A DNA stretch of 64,000 nucleotides, taken from contig CP075493.1 of assembly GCA_021613535.1 (NCBI GenBank), positions 7,006,001 through 7,070,000 on the forward strand. Reading direction: 5' to 3'. Source of the DNA: Adineta vaga. Taxonomy: Eukaryota > Animalia > Rotifera. The position numbers and the translations under genes were made by a program. The notes beneath the pieces are model-generated. The model did no database searches, was not told the origin of the DNA, and worked only from the letters and a program-made list of their open reading frames with translations. Below, in pieces: positions 41,124 to 54,972 of the stretch (positions are counted from its first letter, which is position 1; each line of letters opens with the position of its first letter).

Positions 41124-42167
41124 AGGATTAAATAAAAATGAATCAGTTGTTATGCATGTGTGTGTTTCTTTTTCATCCGATATATCTCATTGTGACTTGT
41201 TTTTATCGATTTTTCAAGGACGTGACGAAAAAAAAAGAAAAGATTGTATATGTGTGTACGTACTTAGAGTAAGAAAAGAAAAAGCGAAAGCATAGATTAA
41301 GTAATTCGTGCGATTATTTATTTAGTAAATGGTATTGATATTAGTCATACATCTAGAATAATAATAATTGTGCAGAAAAAAACAAATTATTGTGTATAGC
41401 GTAAGGATGAAAGAGCAAAAGGATACGATCAAGGTAATACTAGTAGATACTATCGTGTGCGTCAAGTAAAATAAAAGAAAACATAAAGTGATTAACAGCA
41501 GAGTAGACTAAAAATCGCTGATTTAGTACATATGTTAATAGTGAACTTCTGAATAGGCATTTGAATTTATTTGATTGCCTAAATATCGAACGATTTCTTC
41601 TGTCTTCAATAAGTATGACGATCATGACACAATAGAAAAAACCTTCTATTTGGAAGAGACGAGAAAATATCTTATAGATAGCAATAAACCTGATATTTAT
41701 ATTCGACTAAATTAGATTTTCAAATTACATGTAAATCACTTAGAAAATTTTCCTTTAAGAAACATCGATCATTTCATTTAAGAAGAGTTCAATGCATTTC
41801 TATGTACAAGAATGTCAATCTATGCTCAATCGATTGCGGTTGTAGAGCAGAACTATATCGTATGTAAAGGAGATGAACAAACCATCACTTGTGAAGATGT
41901 AGTATAATTGAAATATTGATGCTCGAATACATCATATCAATCAAAAGTTGTAAAAGATATATTTATCTGAAGAAAAAAGACGAATATGTGTCTGTTATTT
42001 TGTTTTCTTGACTTGAAGAAAAGTAAATTCTCCTACAAAAAGTTTTTTAACCAAAAACTGTCTGACAGAATGATTTCTTCGATTTTCTATGCAAACGAAT
42101 GAAATCTCAGTTATCTTGCATAAAAAATACGAAAATATTTATATACAAAAGAATTGATTTAATTGAT

Positions 42168-43395
42168 TTAATCGAGTGATACAGGTTGAATTTGTCGATT
42201 AAGAATAACATCAATTGGATTTCGAATACCAAGCATAAGACATAATAATTCTGTTTGAGGATTATTTTTTCTCAATTGTTCCACATCAATTGGTGTATTA
42301 CCTAAACCGGGTCTATGCACAGGACCAGTTGGACTAAATATTTCGGGAATTTCAAATGTACCAGAAAAATCATCTTGAATTTTTTTATAATCTTCTTCAG
42401 TTGGAGCAGAAGAACTTTGAGATGATGATGGTAAAAATGTATTCGTTCGTTGCGCATGTAATAGATAATCTGTTTTACTTAGAATACATAACCATTCAGG
42501 ATCAAGAGATAAACGATTAGTTGGATTTGGCGATGGAGTTATTGGTTCAATATCAAGAATCTATTCAAGAAATTATAAATTATTTGTTCGATGAGATACA
42601 ATGATATTTTGCTTACTTGCAAAAATCTCTTCCTGGTAAACATTTATCTAAAGCTAGAAAACGTGTCGAATGACCATTAGTATGTTCGACTAGAGCAGCG
42701 AATTTCACGTGTAAATGTGCAGAAAACCAATATTTTGGTTGGATCTGTAGTAAAACTTCTTCTAATGGTTCACTACCAAGTTTATTACTATATACATCAT
42801 CTTGAAAATATTGTTTACGTTGTAATAAACGTTGTGTATCACCATACCAAACAATTCCACGTGGCCAATCGTGTGATATCATAATATCAACTTTATTTTG
42901 TTGTAATTGATTGATTCTATAAACATCTAAACTTCGTATATGATATATTGAACGAACCGTTTTCTCATCAAATGGTGGTAATTCATAATGACCGAAATTA
43001 TAATCTTGAGGTTTATAAATTCCTGATAGACCACCAATACGTAAGCCATTGAAATTAACAACATTAGCGTAACCCATATAATATATATTCGGTGCAACCC
43101 AACCGCCATAAGGTAATTCAATAAGAAAATGACTTGATTCATGATTTCCACCGATAAAAATTGTCAAAATTGGCGCACGTTTTTCTCCGGAATAATAACG
43201 CCAAAAATCTTGCATGGAACGATATTTAGGTGGCACAGCCATTGATTGTAAATCATGTTCGTTTCGTACAGCTTGAAAATCACCACAAATAAGTAATAAA
43301 TCAATTTTAATTTGCCGATCAGTTTCAATTTGATTGATGGTTTCATAAATACGATCTAGTTCACCGTGACAACAGCCTTCAATAGCAATTTTCAT
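42168..43395 (-). CDS. DBR1: Lariat debranching enzyme
   Basis: [53 protein letters not shown]; one intron ~42561-42615. Confidence 0.97.
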
Positions 43396-43463
43396 TTTAT
43401 TTATCTAGAAAAAAAACCAACAAAACAAACAAGACATTAGTCATGAAAATAATATAAAACAAA

Positions 43464-44186
43464 TTAAAATTTAACAAGTTTTAAACGTTTTATTGTTTTT
43501 TTCGTTTTAGTAATTGGCTTTTCTTTTGATAATTCAATATTATCATCAATATTATTTGTTGTTGAAGTCAGACGAGGTAACTGTTGATCATCAATACCTA
43601 GAAAAGATACAAACGAAAAATAATCCATCAATATCATTCTTAGAATGTAGTTTTACTCGAAAATCTTACCTTGTTTTTTCAATAACGTCGGACAATCTCT
43701 TTTGAAATGTTGTATTGAACCACATTCATTACAACATCCACCATTTGGATATAAACCATTGGGATTATCTGGACATAAACGTGACCAATGTCCTTGTTTA
43801 CCACATATGAAACATGTAGCATATGTGAATGAATCACCTTTTACTGTACATTGTTGTAATCGATGTTCTGTTGAACCACATTTATAACAAATACCAGTTT
43901 TAACTTCACGTTTCTTTTTCTGCTCATCAGTTATTTCAGCTGTACATTCATTCATAGAATGTCCCGCTGCTCGACATCGAAAACAGATCTAGAAAAATGT
44001 TTGTTTCGTTATTGAATACATAGGTGTCATTCAAACCTTTTTTAATTCTCGTTTTCGTTTTTTTTCTAAACGTTTTGCTTCTTTTCGTTTGCCATCTGCA
44101 GTTATTGTTTCTTTTAATTGTTCCCATGGTGTTGCATCTTCTCCAACTGCTTTTCTCTCTTTCTTATGTCTTGCAAATCTAGTCAT
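43464..44186 (-). CDS. ZCCHC9: CCHC zinc knuckle protein 9
   Basis: MTRFAR..EDATPWEQL; four knuckles CFRCRAAGH, CYKCGSTEH, CFICGKQGH..CPDNPNGLYPNGGC, CGSIQHFKRDCP; ends VKF*. Confidence 0.9.
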
Positions 44187-44270
44187 CTAGAATAAAATTA
44201 ACGACTGTTTAGTTTTCTTTATTATAACGAATGATTCAAAAAAAAAAGAAACATAAAAGTTTGTCTGCAA

Positions 44271-45161
44271 TTATTTTATCCAGATCTTTTCAATCCAATC
44301 ATAAACTTTGTTTAAATTTGCTCCACCATCTGCATCAGTTTCGTCACCGGTACTAAGAATATCTTCTTCATCATCGTAATGTTTTGCGTAGGATTGCTTT
44401 TCAGTACCTAATGATGAACCATCAACAAATTCAATTTGAATATCTTTCACGTCACTAAATTCGAAAGTGTCCTTGCCAATACGACCAATATCATCAGTCG
44501 ATTCACCTTTGCCTTGATGAACAGCAACGGATGATGCACGTGTTTTACGTTTCATAGTTAATTCATTTTCTAATAATTGACGTATTGATTGAATAGTTTC
44601 ATTGTCATTATTAATGTCTTGTTTATTACAAAATATTAATAATGGTAAACGTTGTTGACGATATGTTTTCTCACGTAAAATATCATAGAGATAATCAGAA
44701 ACATCTTTACTTTCTTCATTAATTTTTGCAGTATCAATAACAAAGATTATAGCTTTGGCAGAAGCTTTTTCACTATTAAAATCACGTTGACGAATACGTA
44801 GATTACCGGGAATATCAATAACACGAATAGATTTCGATGAACGTTCTGATGATGATGTTGATGAATTTTCCAACGTCATCGAGCCACGGTTAATAGCCAT
44901 AGATGTTAATGTTCGTTTAGCTACACCCATTGTCAGACGACTAAAAAGTAAGGTTTTACCAGCATTGGATATGCCACATAAAAGAAGACATTCACCACGG
45001 CGAGCTGTTTTGAACGATTTTTTGCCCACCAAAGGATGACAATAGTTGCAAAGAGAACCATAAATGTCGTGATGATGGTGAGAGGAAAGACTCCTGAAGA
45101 GTCACTGAGAAATTCGGGATCGACATTTTCGTTAAGTTGACCTCGTTTATGACCGTCCATA
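44271..45161 (-). CDS. SRPRB: SRP receptor beta subunit (needs a 1-nt frame correction near 45010-45023)
   Basis: N-terminal TM (ORF 44933-45229) then GTPase G1 GISNAGKT, DIPGN, FVID, NKQD and ELTMKRKTR in a different frame. Confidence 0.88.
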
Positions 45162-45605
45162 TCTAAAACTATAATATAATAAAGTTCTTTTCCGTATTCT
45201 TCAAGATAACAATGAACTGTTTGATACACTTTATTCTGTCTACATACACGGGAATATTACTAATAATACACTTCAATTTCGAAACACACGCACGCATGCA
45301 TGCATACGCATACGCATTGCATACAGATACAGTCCATATTTTATAACTTTGACCAATCATAATTCATGACGAATTTTTATCAACAAAAGTTGAAAACATC
45401 GTAAACTTTTATCAATATTCGACAATTCAAAAGAAAAGTGTTTTTGCGACGCAAAATATCTTTCTCAATAGATGTCAGTAGTAGTGAATTAAGTATCAAA
45501 CAAAGATCCAACGGGAGAATAATAAACAAACGAAATAAGTTACTATTAGTGTATGTGTTTTTTTTCTTCTTTATTTCATCGTAGTCTTCACGTCTATATC
45601 TTATA

Positions 45606-45946
45606 ATGTCGAGTAGTTTTATCGGTAGTAAAATCGCGATTGTGACGAAATCCCAATGTCGATATACCGGAACAATAATTGGTAATAAGCAAAACTTGCA
45701 TCTATTCGAATATGTAATATGAAATCTTGAAAAATTTCTATTTGTTCAGGTATCGATGCTCAAGCATCATCTATACTTCTTGGCAATGTCAAATGTTTTG
45801 GTACAGAGAATCGTGGAGGAAATTTTTTAAATAATCAAATGGTTGGAACAGTTGTACCGGTTATGCAATTTGCTAATAGCGATATTGAAGATTTAAACAT
45901 TGTCGATGAAGAACAATCGAAAGACAGTTTACCCAAACAACAACAA

Positions 45947-45977
<31 letters not shown>

Positions 45978-47280
45978 CATCCTATTCCATGCCTACTTTA
46001 TCGTCTCCACCAATTCAACCTCCTTCAAAAAAATCATCAATTCATGATGATCCAGCAATTGTATCAGCTGTCGTTAGTTCATCGAATAAGGATTTATCAG
46101 CATCAAGTCGATTATTACATGATTTACAGCATATGAATATATCCGATGAACGTTCTATTAAAGCACCAAAATCTGAAGGTAAGATATTTGCAAAACAAAA
46201 TCGAATTCAATCAAATGAGATGAGTCATTTTTATTTTTTCCCAGTTAATTACTAATGAAATAATAATTAAAACTGAAGATTCATAGGAATTTTATTTTTG
46301 ATAAAAATGTAGATCTTATGATCACACAATGTGTGGTAATATTTTAATTACTGAATTTCTTTGTAGAATCTCATCTTCGCTCTAATTCCGGTGAACTTGG
46401 TCCATCTTGGTCATTACTATCTTCATCAAAATGGGATCACAATCAGCCACATTCGCAACAACCTCAGCAATCAAGTAGTAAAAGTAAATTCTTTGATGAT
46501 TTTACATTGAATAATACCGATCAAGTACAATCAAATCATCGTCCTCAACAACGTTGGCCATCAAATACTCATGCAACTCAAACATCACGGCGGCATGAAT
46601 TTCTTTATGAACCTGAAGATGATAGTAAATTACCTGTTCGTCAACCATTTTTTTCGAATGATCGATCTCATCCTCAAGATGTTGCATTGGAACAACCTCA
46701 CTATCACCAACATCACCACCAACAACAACAACAACAACATAATCGTTACCAGAATGGAAATATGTATCATCAACAACAACAACAACAAAGACCATTCTAT
46801 AACAATCGTCGTCCCCCAATTATGGATTATCAACAACGACGTCCTGGTGGTGGAAATCGTGAAACTTTTCATGATAGTAGTAATAATTACGATAGTGATT
46901 TTGATTTTGAAACAAGCAATCGTAAATTTAATAAAATTACAAATGAAGACGAATTTAAACAATCAGAATCACCCGTTCATTTCTTAAATTCAAATGATAA
47001 CCATGATTTAACAAGTGATTTTGAACCGATTTATGATAAGAAGAAATCCTTTTTTGATAGTATGGCACCTGAAGATACGGGTGATGCTTCTGGACCTATG
47101 TATAATCGTTCGAGAAATCAAGATACATTCGGTAATGATAGATATCAACGACAAAGAGGTCGAGGAGGTGCTATCGGTGGTGGTTATAGACGATCAAATA
47201 ATAATAATTATCGACAACAACAAGGAAATGAAGATTTTTATTATCGACAAAATAATAATGGATATCATCATCGTTATTAA
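45606..47280 (+). CDS. LSM14: LSM14/Trailer hitch/Scd6 homolog
   Basis: Lsm domain FIGSKIAIVTKSQCRYTG..NVKCFGTENR, DDPAIVS, FDF (DFDFETSN), FFD (YDKKKSFFD), TFG, RGG tail. Confidence 0.93.
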
Positions 47281-48043
47281 TTACTCTTCCTTTCTTTCTT
47301 TCTTTCTTTCTATTGCAGTGATTGTTTCTCATATGAAAAGGAAAAAAACACATACAGCCATTTTTTTAAAACAATTTACCTTTTTTCTTTTCTTCTGTAT
47401 AGATCTGCTCTCTCTTTTGTATATCCTACAGCGAGAGTATGATCTAATGTCTTTTTCTTTTTCTGGCAATAACAAAAAAAAACTTAGTATGTATCTACAC
47501 GTGACGGATTTGGCCGGTTGATTATTCTTGTAGTTGTCTGTTTCATTCTTGTTTGTTTGTTTGTTGGTTTCTTCGTTCATTAGTTCTTTTTTTCTTACCG
47601 TTTTTCTTTCTTCTTTGTCCTTTAGACTTCGTGCGACTACATCGAATTTTTCAACTACAAACGAAAACATCAAATCTTCTGTTATTTTTCCTGTCATAGT
47701 GTCGTGCATTTCTTTCATGTGTGTGTTTGTATGAGCAAACAAAAACAATAAGTCTCTGCGCGCTTTGTAACCTACTCAGGTGAATGATGAAAGTTGACAA
47801 GAAAAAGGAAATAAAAAAAAGAGTCACGATTAATAACTATTGTATGTCTGATAGGTGCTGCAACGGCGCTGCATTTATCTATTTATTTTTTTGTTCAATA
47901 GAAGATACACATATACAGTCATATAATGATATAATTAATAACAGAGAAACACTAAGAACGTGTTGTACATAGTTAGCGATAAGAACATCAGGATTATGCA
48001 TTTTTATACAAGAGAAAAGAAGATGAAGAAAAAAGAGATTGCA

Positions 48044-50118
48044 TTACTTGACCAATGTGCCTTTTACACAATAAAGTACACCTTTACGTGAAGAACGAGT
48101 GATACAATGATCCTAGAATATAAGAAAACAAAAACCCATTAATACACGCGAATAAATTTGCAAATATGTTCCACTCTTTTTCGTACTTTAACAAATTTTT
48201 TCACTTCATGTACAGGAAATTGTTGTGTTTGATTTTCTTGTTTGATACGAGAACGTAATTCAGTAAATTGAAAACTATCGCATTTTTCAAGAAGTTCAGC
48301 AACATAACGACGAAGCTAAAAGAATAGAAATGATTGATTGAGAAATATTTTGAATAAGAATTTTACCATATCATATTTATCACCCATTTGAGCATTGATA
48401 AAAACTGGTTCTTGTTTGAGATTTTTCGGCCACTTTAATATGAGATAAAATTCTATTTTCAATTAATGAAAATAAGATTAGCAATACCTTTTTATTCACA
48501 TAAATAGATCCAATTTCAACAGCTGCTCGAAGTATACTTGCTTCCGTAACTCCAGATGCAAGTGGATGTCCAGGTGGGGATGAGATCAATTCAAGCTTAA
48601 TTGCTATATAAAGAAAATGAATTGAAGAATTTGACTTTTTTCACTTCAATTCTTACCAATATTAATTTCACTCAATTTAAAATATGGTCGATAACCAAAG
48701 CGTCGTTTCATAAATGATAATAATTCATTTTGGATTGTTTCCGGATCTTGTTTGATTATAGTTTTAGGTAAAGAAACAGAAGATAAGGGTGTCGTTGTAG
48801 TTGATGTTGTTTGAGTTTGTTGCTCTGAATTTAATGTTGAAATAGAATCTGTCGATTTTCGAGTTCGACTTCGACCTAAAAGATATTTATGATAAATTCG
48901 AATAAAAATCATTCATCTTTATACTTTTTCTCGTCGTCGATGTTTTCTTTGTTTCTGTTTTCTTTTTCTTTTTTGGTTTTGTCGGTGGGATAATCAATGG
49001 TTTTTGTTCAGTACTATTATTTAATTCGATAGGAATTTGCTCTTTTTCTACGAGATTTTCCAATGTTATTTGGTTATTAAAAAATAATAATTGAAAATAA
49101 TCATGAATTGATAGAGTTTTTCGCCATCGAATAGGTAAACGATGTTGTTCAATATTTTCCATTTGAAACCATTTCGAAATTAATTCAAGTGATAATAATT
49201 CAGTCGATGAATAATAAGCTAGATCAATCCATCGTTCTTCATTTCGTGCACGTTCAATATAATTATAAGAACGCATCTTTTTCTCACGTTGTAAACGTCC
49301 TTCAGGTCGCCAAAATTTCATCGTAACAAGTTCATTAGGAAATTTTTCATTTGTTTCTTCGTCGGTGGTCGTATCATCCGTATTTGAATTTGAATGTTTA
49401 AGGAAACTAGAATCATTATCTTCCTCATCATCATTGATAGGTATCGAATGTTGGGCAAGAACGGATGAAGTCGAATCAAAATCTGGCCGTAATTGAAATA
49501 TTGCATTCAATGGTGATAATTGAATGCCATGGGATGTTAAGAGACCGACGGCAAAACGTTTATAACTATCACCTGTTGTAACATTTGTTGATGATAATGT
49601 TAAACGATCAAACGAATTAATTTTTTCATTCGAAGAAGTTGTTGTTGCCGTCCAATTTTCAATAGTCGTTGATTCTTTTGTTTTACAATGAAAATTTGAT
49701 TGAGTATCGAGAACATAATCTAATTGAACAAGCTTATTTTTAGGTTTTAAACGTGCACCGATAAATGTAGCATTATTTTCGAATTGTAGATGATTTGGAC
49801 GAAGCGGATATTGAAATAGATAGAGTTGATCAGCAAATAAACGAGTTAAATAAATGTCAACCTAGAATCAAACGTAAAAGACATTGATTTATGATTCCAC
49901 TTGCGATATATTAAAAATTCTGAACTAAATAATTTTCGCAAGCGAATCCAGAGACGAAAGTTTGACATAACTAGATCTAGATGAAATTTCTAAAAGATTT
50001 TCTTATTCTATGCTCTCTTTCCTACCTCAGCTATGAGTTCATCATGTTCTTCTTCATTGTTTTGTACATTTTGATCGTTCGTATTATCTTCATGTAAAAC
50101 TTGACAATCGTCATCCAT
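48044..50118 (-). CDS. POLR3E: RNA polymerase III subunit RPC5
   Basis: E|VDIYLTRLFADQLYLFQYPLRP..ARLKPK; LSPLNAIFQLRPDF; RSYNY..EERW. Confidence 0.82.
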
Positions 50119-50394
50119 TGAATCACTTATCCGTCGTCTTTTTTCTGTGGACGGTTAACCTTATTGAATTTGTTAAATATATACATAAAAAAATAATCTA
50201 TAAAACAAATTTAGCAAATCAAAATTTTGTTTTTTATGTTTTCATCGGTTTTTTTCCTTCTTCTCTCGTTCGATGAGATAGAAAAATTGAAGAAATCAAA
50301 CTGGTCTTGACCGAAAGATGAATCATTTACAGTAACAAAAAAGAAAAACAGAAGAAAAGGGAAAAAGAAATCATCAAAAGTTTCAATATTAATA

Positions 50395-50972
50395 TTAGTT
50401 ATTGCTCTGCGATACTTGACGTAATGGTTCTTGAAGGTATGACGAAAGTGCATCCATCTAAATATATATTTCATATTTAGACGAAAAAAAAACTTTCATC
50501 AATTTCCAAGACTTACTTTTGCTTTTAACATGCCTAATTGTACATTGGTTTTCGACACCATACAAACTAATTGTGTAGCAACAGCAGCAATGGCCATTTT
50601 ACCTTCCTGATATCCAAAGAAACGAAATAGATAAGAATGAAAGTAATGTTTTTACTTACATCAGCATCCAATAGAATCATATTTAAATCACCTGATGCAA
50701 TAATATTTGGAGGAATAGTTGAGCCAGGTGTTTGTCGAACACGTTGATGAGCAGCAAAAATACTACTAGCCATTGCAGCAATTATTTTCGCATCTTTTGC
50801 TTCAAATCCCGAATAAGCAAGTAATGCTCCATCACGTGTCAATAATCTTTTAAATCGTAAAACAAAATAGAACAATATAAATTTTGTTCAATAAAAGAAC
50901 ATACACAGTCGACTGAATGCCTCCATTTGTTACTTGAGCAAGTACTTCACTCAATGCTTTTGGTTTTAACAT
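50395..50972 (-). CDS. LAMTOR2: Ragulator complex protein LAMTOR2
   Basis: MLKPKALSEVLAQVTNGGIQST..LLTRDGALLAYSG..EGKMAI..GMLKAK|MDALSSYLQEPL. Confidence 0.93.
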
Positions 50973-51848
50973 GATAATCTGAAAGAAAACAAACGCACAT
51001 ACACATTTGAAATAACAATTCTATTATTGCTCTTTCAATAGATAAGATCAAAAGTTAATTTTTGAATTAAATATTTTTCATTTCGTTTCACTCCTATTCA
51101 ATCACTTTATTATACGGATGAATGACCTTGGCATCAATATACTCTGTAAGTCAAGTATGACAAATGAATGATAAAAAGAATCTTTTCATAGTAAGGTGAA
51201 AATTAGATATAGTACATTAAATTTCAAATCAAATGATTTATCTGTATAAGATAATCAAATATTGATAAATTTTAAAATTTCAAAAAATGTTTATTTTTTA
51301 AATATACAAGATATATTGTATGTTTCCTTCTGATTAATAATTAGCAAGGTTTATTTTTCGTCTGTATATGAAAAAGAAACGCATTCATTCAACCGAGAAG
51401 GACAATGTATGTTTCAGCTTTTCTTACATTTCAGATTCGTTTGCTGCTAAATCGTCTTCTTCAATAAGACAAACTTCAAGTCATCGTAAACTATTTCAGA
51501 ATGACTGGTACGTTGCCTTTTTTCTTAGATTAGAAATGAAAAATACACAGTCAATCAAGTATTCTAACTATCATTCACGAAGAAAACCTTGCCGATCATG
51601 TATTATACGAACAATTCGATGTCCTTGAGTTATTTCTCAATGATTACCTTTCTTTTTTGTTTATTCTCGATTATCAATCATTTCTCTATTTCTTCGACAT
51701 AACAGATTTAAGATTATATGACCCTTCTCTTCTCTCGCTCTCTCTCCTATATTATCACAATCAAAAATAGCTGCCTAATTACTTTGTTATTTATAAAATC
51801 TAACTGCTAAATACATACTATTTAATTTGGCTAGGTTCTAAAGCGAAG

Positions 51849-53692
51849 ATGATTTCATCTGATATCAACTCATATCAATCACAAATAACAACTGATAACA
51901 CACATGCAATTTCTAACTTAATTTCATCAACATCATTTAATCCGATAACAACACATGCAGAATCAATTGCAATTCAAGCATTACCTGCACCACTAGCTGC
52001 TCCTTGTGGATGGCGTAGTGAAATTATTCATTCAAATTCTCCGGCTCTAACGGATCAGGAACGTGAACAATTGGAAACAAATACTAATTTTAATAGTAGT
52101 AATTATCAAGAGTACAATACGTCTCAAACTAATCAATACTCATCAGGATGTGTAGAAAACAGTAATCAATACGCAAGAGGATCTGCCATACAAAATAGAT
52201 CATTCGGTGGACATGTAACTTTTGCTGATAATGAATCTGTTGCTGAAAATGCCCTAGTACTAAGAAACAGATCGATGGAAGACAATGCACTAGTAACGAC
52301 AAATAGATTTCATGATGATCAGACTATTCTAACACATCAACAACAACAAGATATAATCCACAGAGTCGAACATCAACAACCACCACCACTCGTGATTCGT
52401 AAACCTTTACAAAATAATACTGTTACATATCAGCAAAATATCTCCGTACGATATTTACAACCACCTACACCTCCACCACCGGGACCAATTATTATTCGTA
52501 AATACAACAATTTCTTTAATCTTTTTCTTTTCATAACTTATTTCTTTTCTTATAGGTGAAGTTCGTCCACCACCACCTCCTCCACGATCTCCGATTAAAG
52601 TATTTGCAAATCTTTCCTATTATCTATGCGAAAATCATACTTTCTTTTATTCTAGATTCGACAAAATGCTCCACCACTTCCTACACCACCACCATTAGTA
52701 CGATAAAATCTATTTTCCTTGACAAATACTCTCTATTTCCTATATATATATTTCAAGATACTTCGGGAACGACCACCTCCAGCTCCTCCTGGTAGCGCAC
52801 CCACAGTCGTACAAAAACTCTTACCTCCTCTACCACAAGAATCACGTCGTGTCATTGTCGAACGTTTTGGTGCATGTCCACCTAAACCACAAGATGTTAT
52901 TATTGAACGTTGGTTACCTTACAAACAGCAAGGTGAACGACGTGTTCTTGTAGAGCGAGCACCACCTGCATGCGTGTATGTCATTCATTACTCAGTTTCT
53001 CATATATAATTAGAATGTCTTCTATTTATTTTCTTAGGCCGCAACAAGAACCAAATTTACTAATCTTACATGATGGACCTCGAGCATGTATTCGCAAAGA
53101 ATATATAAATCAAGGAGTTGTTCGAGCTGATCCAGACTGCTATGTTCAACAACATGGTGCTGAACTTGGCGCATGGCAATCCAATTCACACCATGCTAAC
53201 CTAGTCAGTGAAGCATCTCGAGCTATTCCACCACCTGTTGGAACGTCGAATGATCGTTATCGCGAATACGATCGTCAATATTATTCGGATCGATATGAAC
53301 GCGCACAATCTCCTTGTATCGAATCAAATACATGGGAAAGAGTGAAAACATCATCGTCAATTCCTCGTTGTTCATCCTATAACCATATCTCATCATGTTA
53401 TGAACCGCCTGTTAGCTATTGTAAAGAGCTCTCATCTGATTGCGACTATAATTATCGTCGATGTGATGATGATCGTTATAGACGCGATGAAAAATGTCTA
53501 ACAACGACGGATGTAACACCATCATGGAATCGTTACTGTCGTTCATCAAGTTACGATTGCTATCCATCATCCTATCCGACGACGTCATCGAATCATTCGA
53601 AAACGATTCGTGTATGTTCTGATGATGAATTTCGACGTGTTCTCTGCGATCTCACAAATGGTCATGTTCCATCTGCTCTTCAATCGTGTTAA
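51849..53692 (+). CDS. Uncharacterised proline-rich protein (PPPP-IIIRE repeats, ERWLPY motif)
   Basis: Spliced ORF QNISVRYLQPPTPPPPGPIIIR|EVRPPPPPPRSPIK|IRQNAPPLPTPPPL|ILRERPPP..PPKPQDVIIERWLPYK; short GT-AG introns keep frame. Confidence 0.75.
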
Positions 53693-53830
53693 AGAAAAGC
53701 AAACAAACAAACGAAAAGAATTTATTCGGATTTTTCTACATATCAATTTTTCTAGAATAGAAATAAGTTAATTCGGTTAACAAACAAAGAAAGAAAGCAC
53801 TTTCTTTGCTCTTCTCTTTTTCCTTTTTTT

Positions 53831-54810
53831 CTACTTTGATTGATGAGTTCCAGGTTGTCTAAGAATTTTTCTTTCACCTGTAAATGGTTGAAATATATCC
53901 GACGAATTTTTCTCGAAAATTTCGTTCATATCATCATTTAAACTACGTAATACAACACGTGGAAATTGTAATAAACCATATTTATAATCATAATTTGGTC
54001 TGCCACGTTTTTGTACATTTTCATGATGATATTGTTCTTGTTGATCATTCTCTTTAACTTTACCATTTAAACGATTTCCTTGTCCATGAAATGGTGCAAA
54101 TGTCGATGGAGATTTCGATAAGATTTGATCATTATTCGTCAGAAGTGAAGATTTTGATTCAATTTGATCAGCAGATGGAGCAAAATCAACTTCCATATCA
54201 CATTCAATAATTGAGACAACATCGGTAGGTTTTAATTCCAAAACAGCTAATTCATAATTTCGATTAAGATAATTAATAGAGATTACATCACCTTTAGTTA
54301 AACAACTAAAATCTCGTAAAACTTTTTCTAATACAGCTTTTGGATTTGTTAAATCTAAAAATTCTTTTGATTGTGGTTGAAAACGTGCAAAAGTTGCTGG
54401 CGGTAATGCAGAAACAGATTCTAAATGTATTTCATCACCTTCATTCAATGATAAATGTCGCATCATCCAATATGGTACATAACAAACGGGTTCATTACTC
54501 GGTACAAATTCTAAAACACCACAATGTGTAATACGATTTCGTTTGGGATTTTTTAATTTAAATAACATTATTCCAGTCTGAAAAGAGACTATTATATTCA
54601 GATTGAGAAAAATAACTTCTCATTTACTTGATTAATCAATTGTTCAAGTGCAGGTTCTGGCAGTAGAATTTTTCCACCAGATTCAATATTTGTTCGTTCA
54701 CGATCAGATAGAAATGCTGGAGAATAACATTGATATATAGCATGAAATTGATTATCATTATCCAATGGATATTCATCGTCATCATAATAATCATAATCGT
54801 TATAAGCCAT
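53831..54810 (-). CDS. UFD1: Ubiquitin recognition factor UFD1
   Basis: YQCYS..ESGGKILLP..MLFKLKN..THCGVLEF..ATFARFQPQS..NPKAVLE..CLTKGD..IIECDMEVDFAP; SHP box FHGQGNRLNGK. Confidence 0.95.
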
Positions 54811-54961
54811 AATTAATTTACACTAGAACCAATAAATATATAAATCTGATGATTTCTATGTCAAAAATAAAAACACAAGCTTTTTTGCGAAAAACAACCA
54901 ACTCTTATTTTGTGATCATACGGTACGGTCTTGACAAAAGTCCAAAAATGATCGTCTCCGA

Positions 54962-54972
54962 TAGATGTCACT
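54962..54972. promoter_or_regulatory. Recurrent promoter-region motif TAGATGTCACT (representative copy)
   Basis: Identical copy at 62148; close variants at 5295, 9751, 21115, 24461, 38783, 45469, all upstream of genes. Confidence 0.5.

Noticed and set aside
41130-42160. 1-kb intergenic region as a possible hidden gene or transposon
   Set aside because: No spliceable ORF, terminal repeats or recognisable motif found by eye.
46502-47748. Many overlapping alternative-frame and antisense ORFs over LSM14 and its 3'UTR
   Set aside because: By-products of CAA repeats and U-rich UTR sequence; no domain signal.
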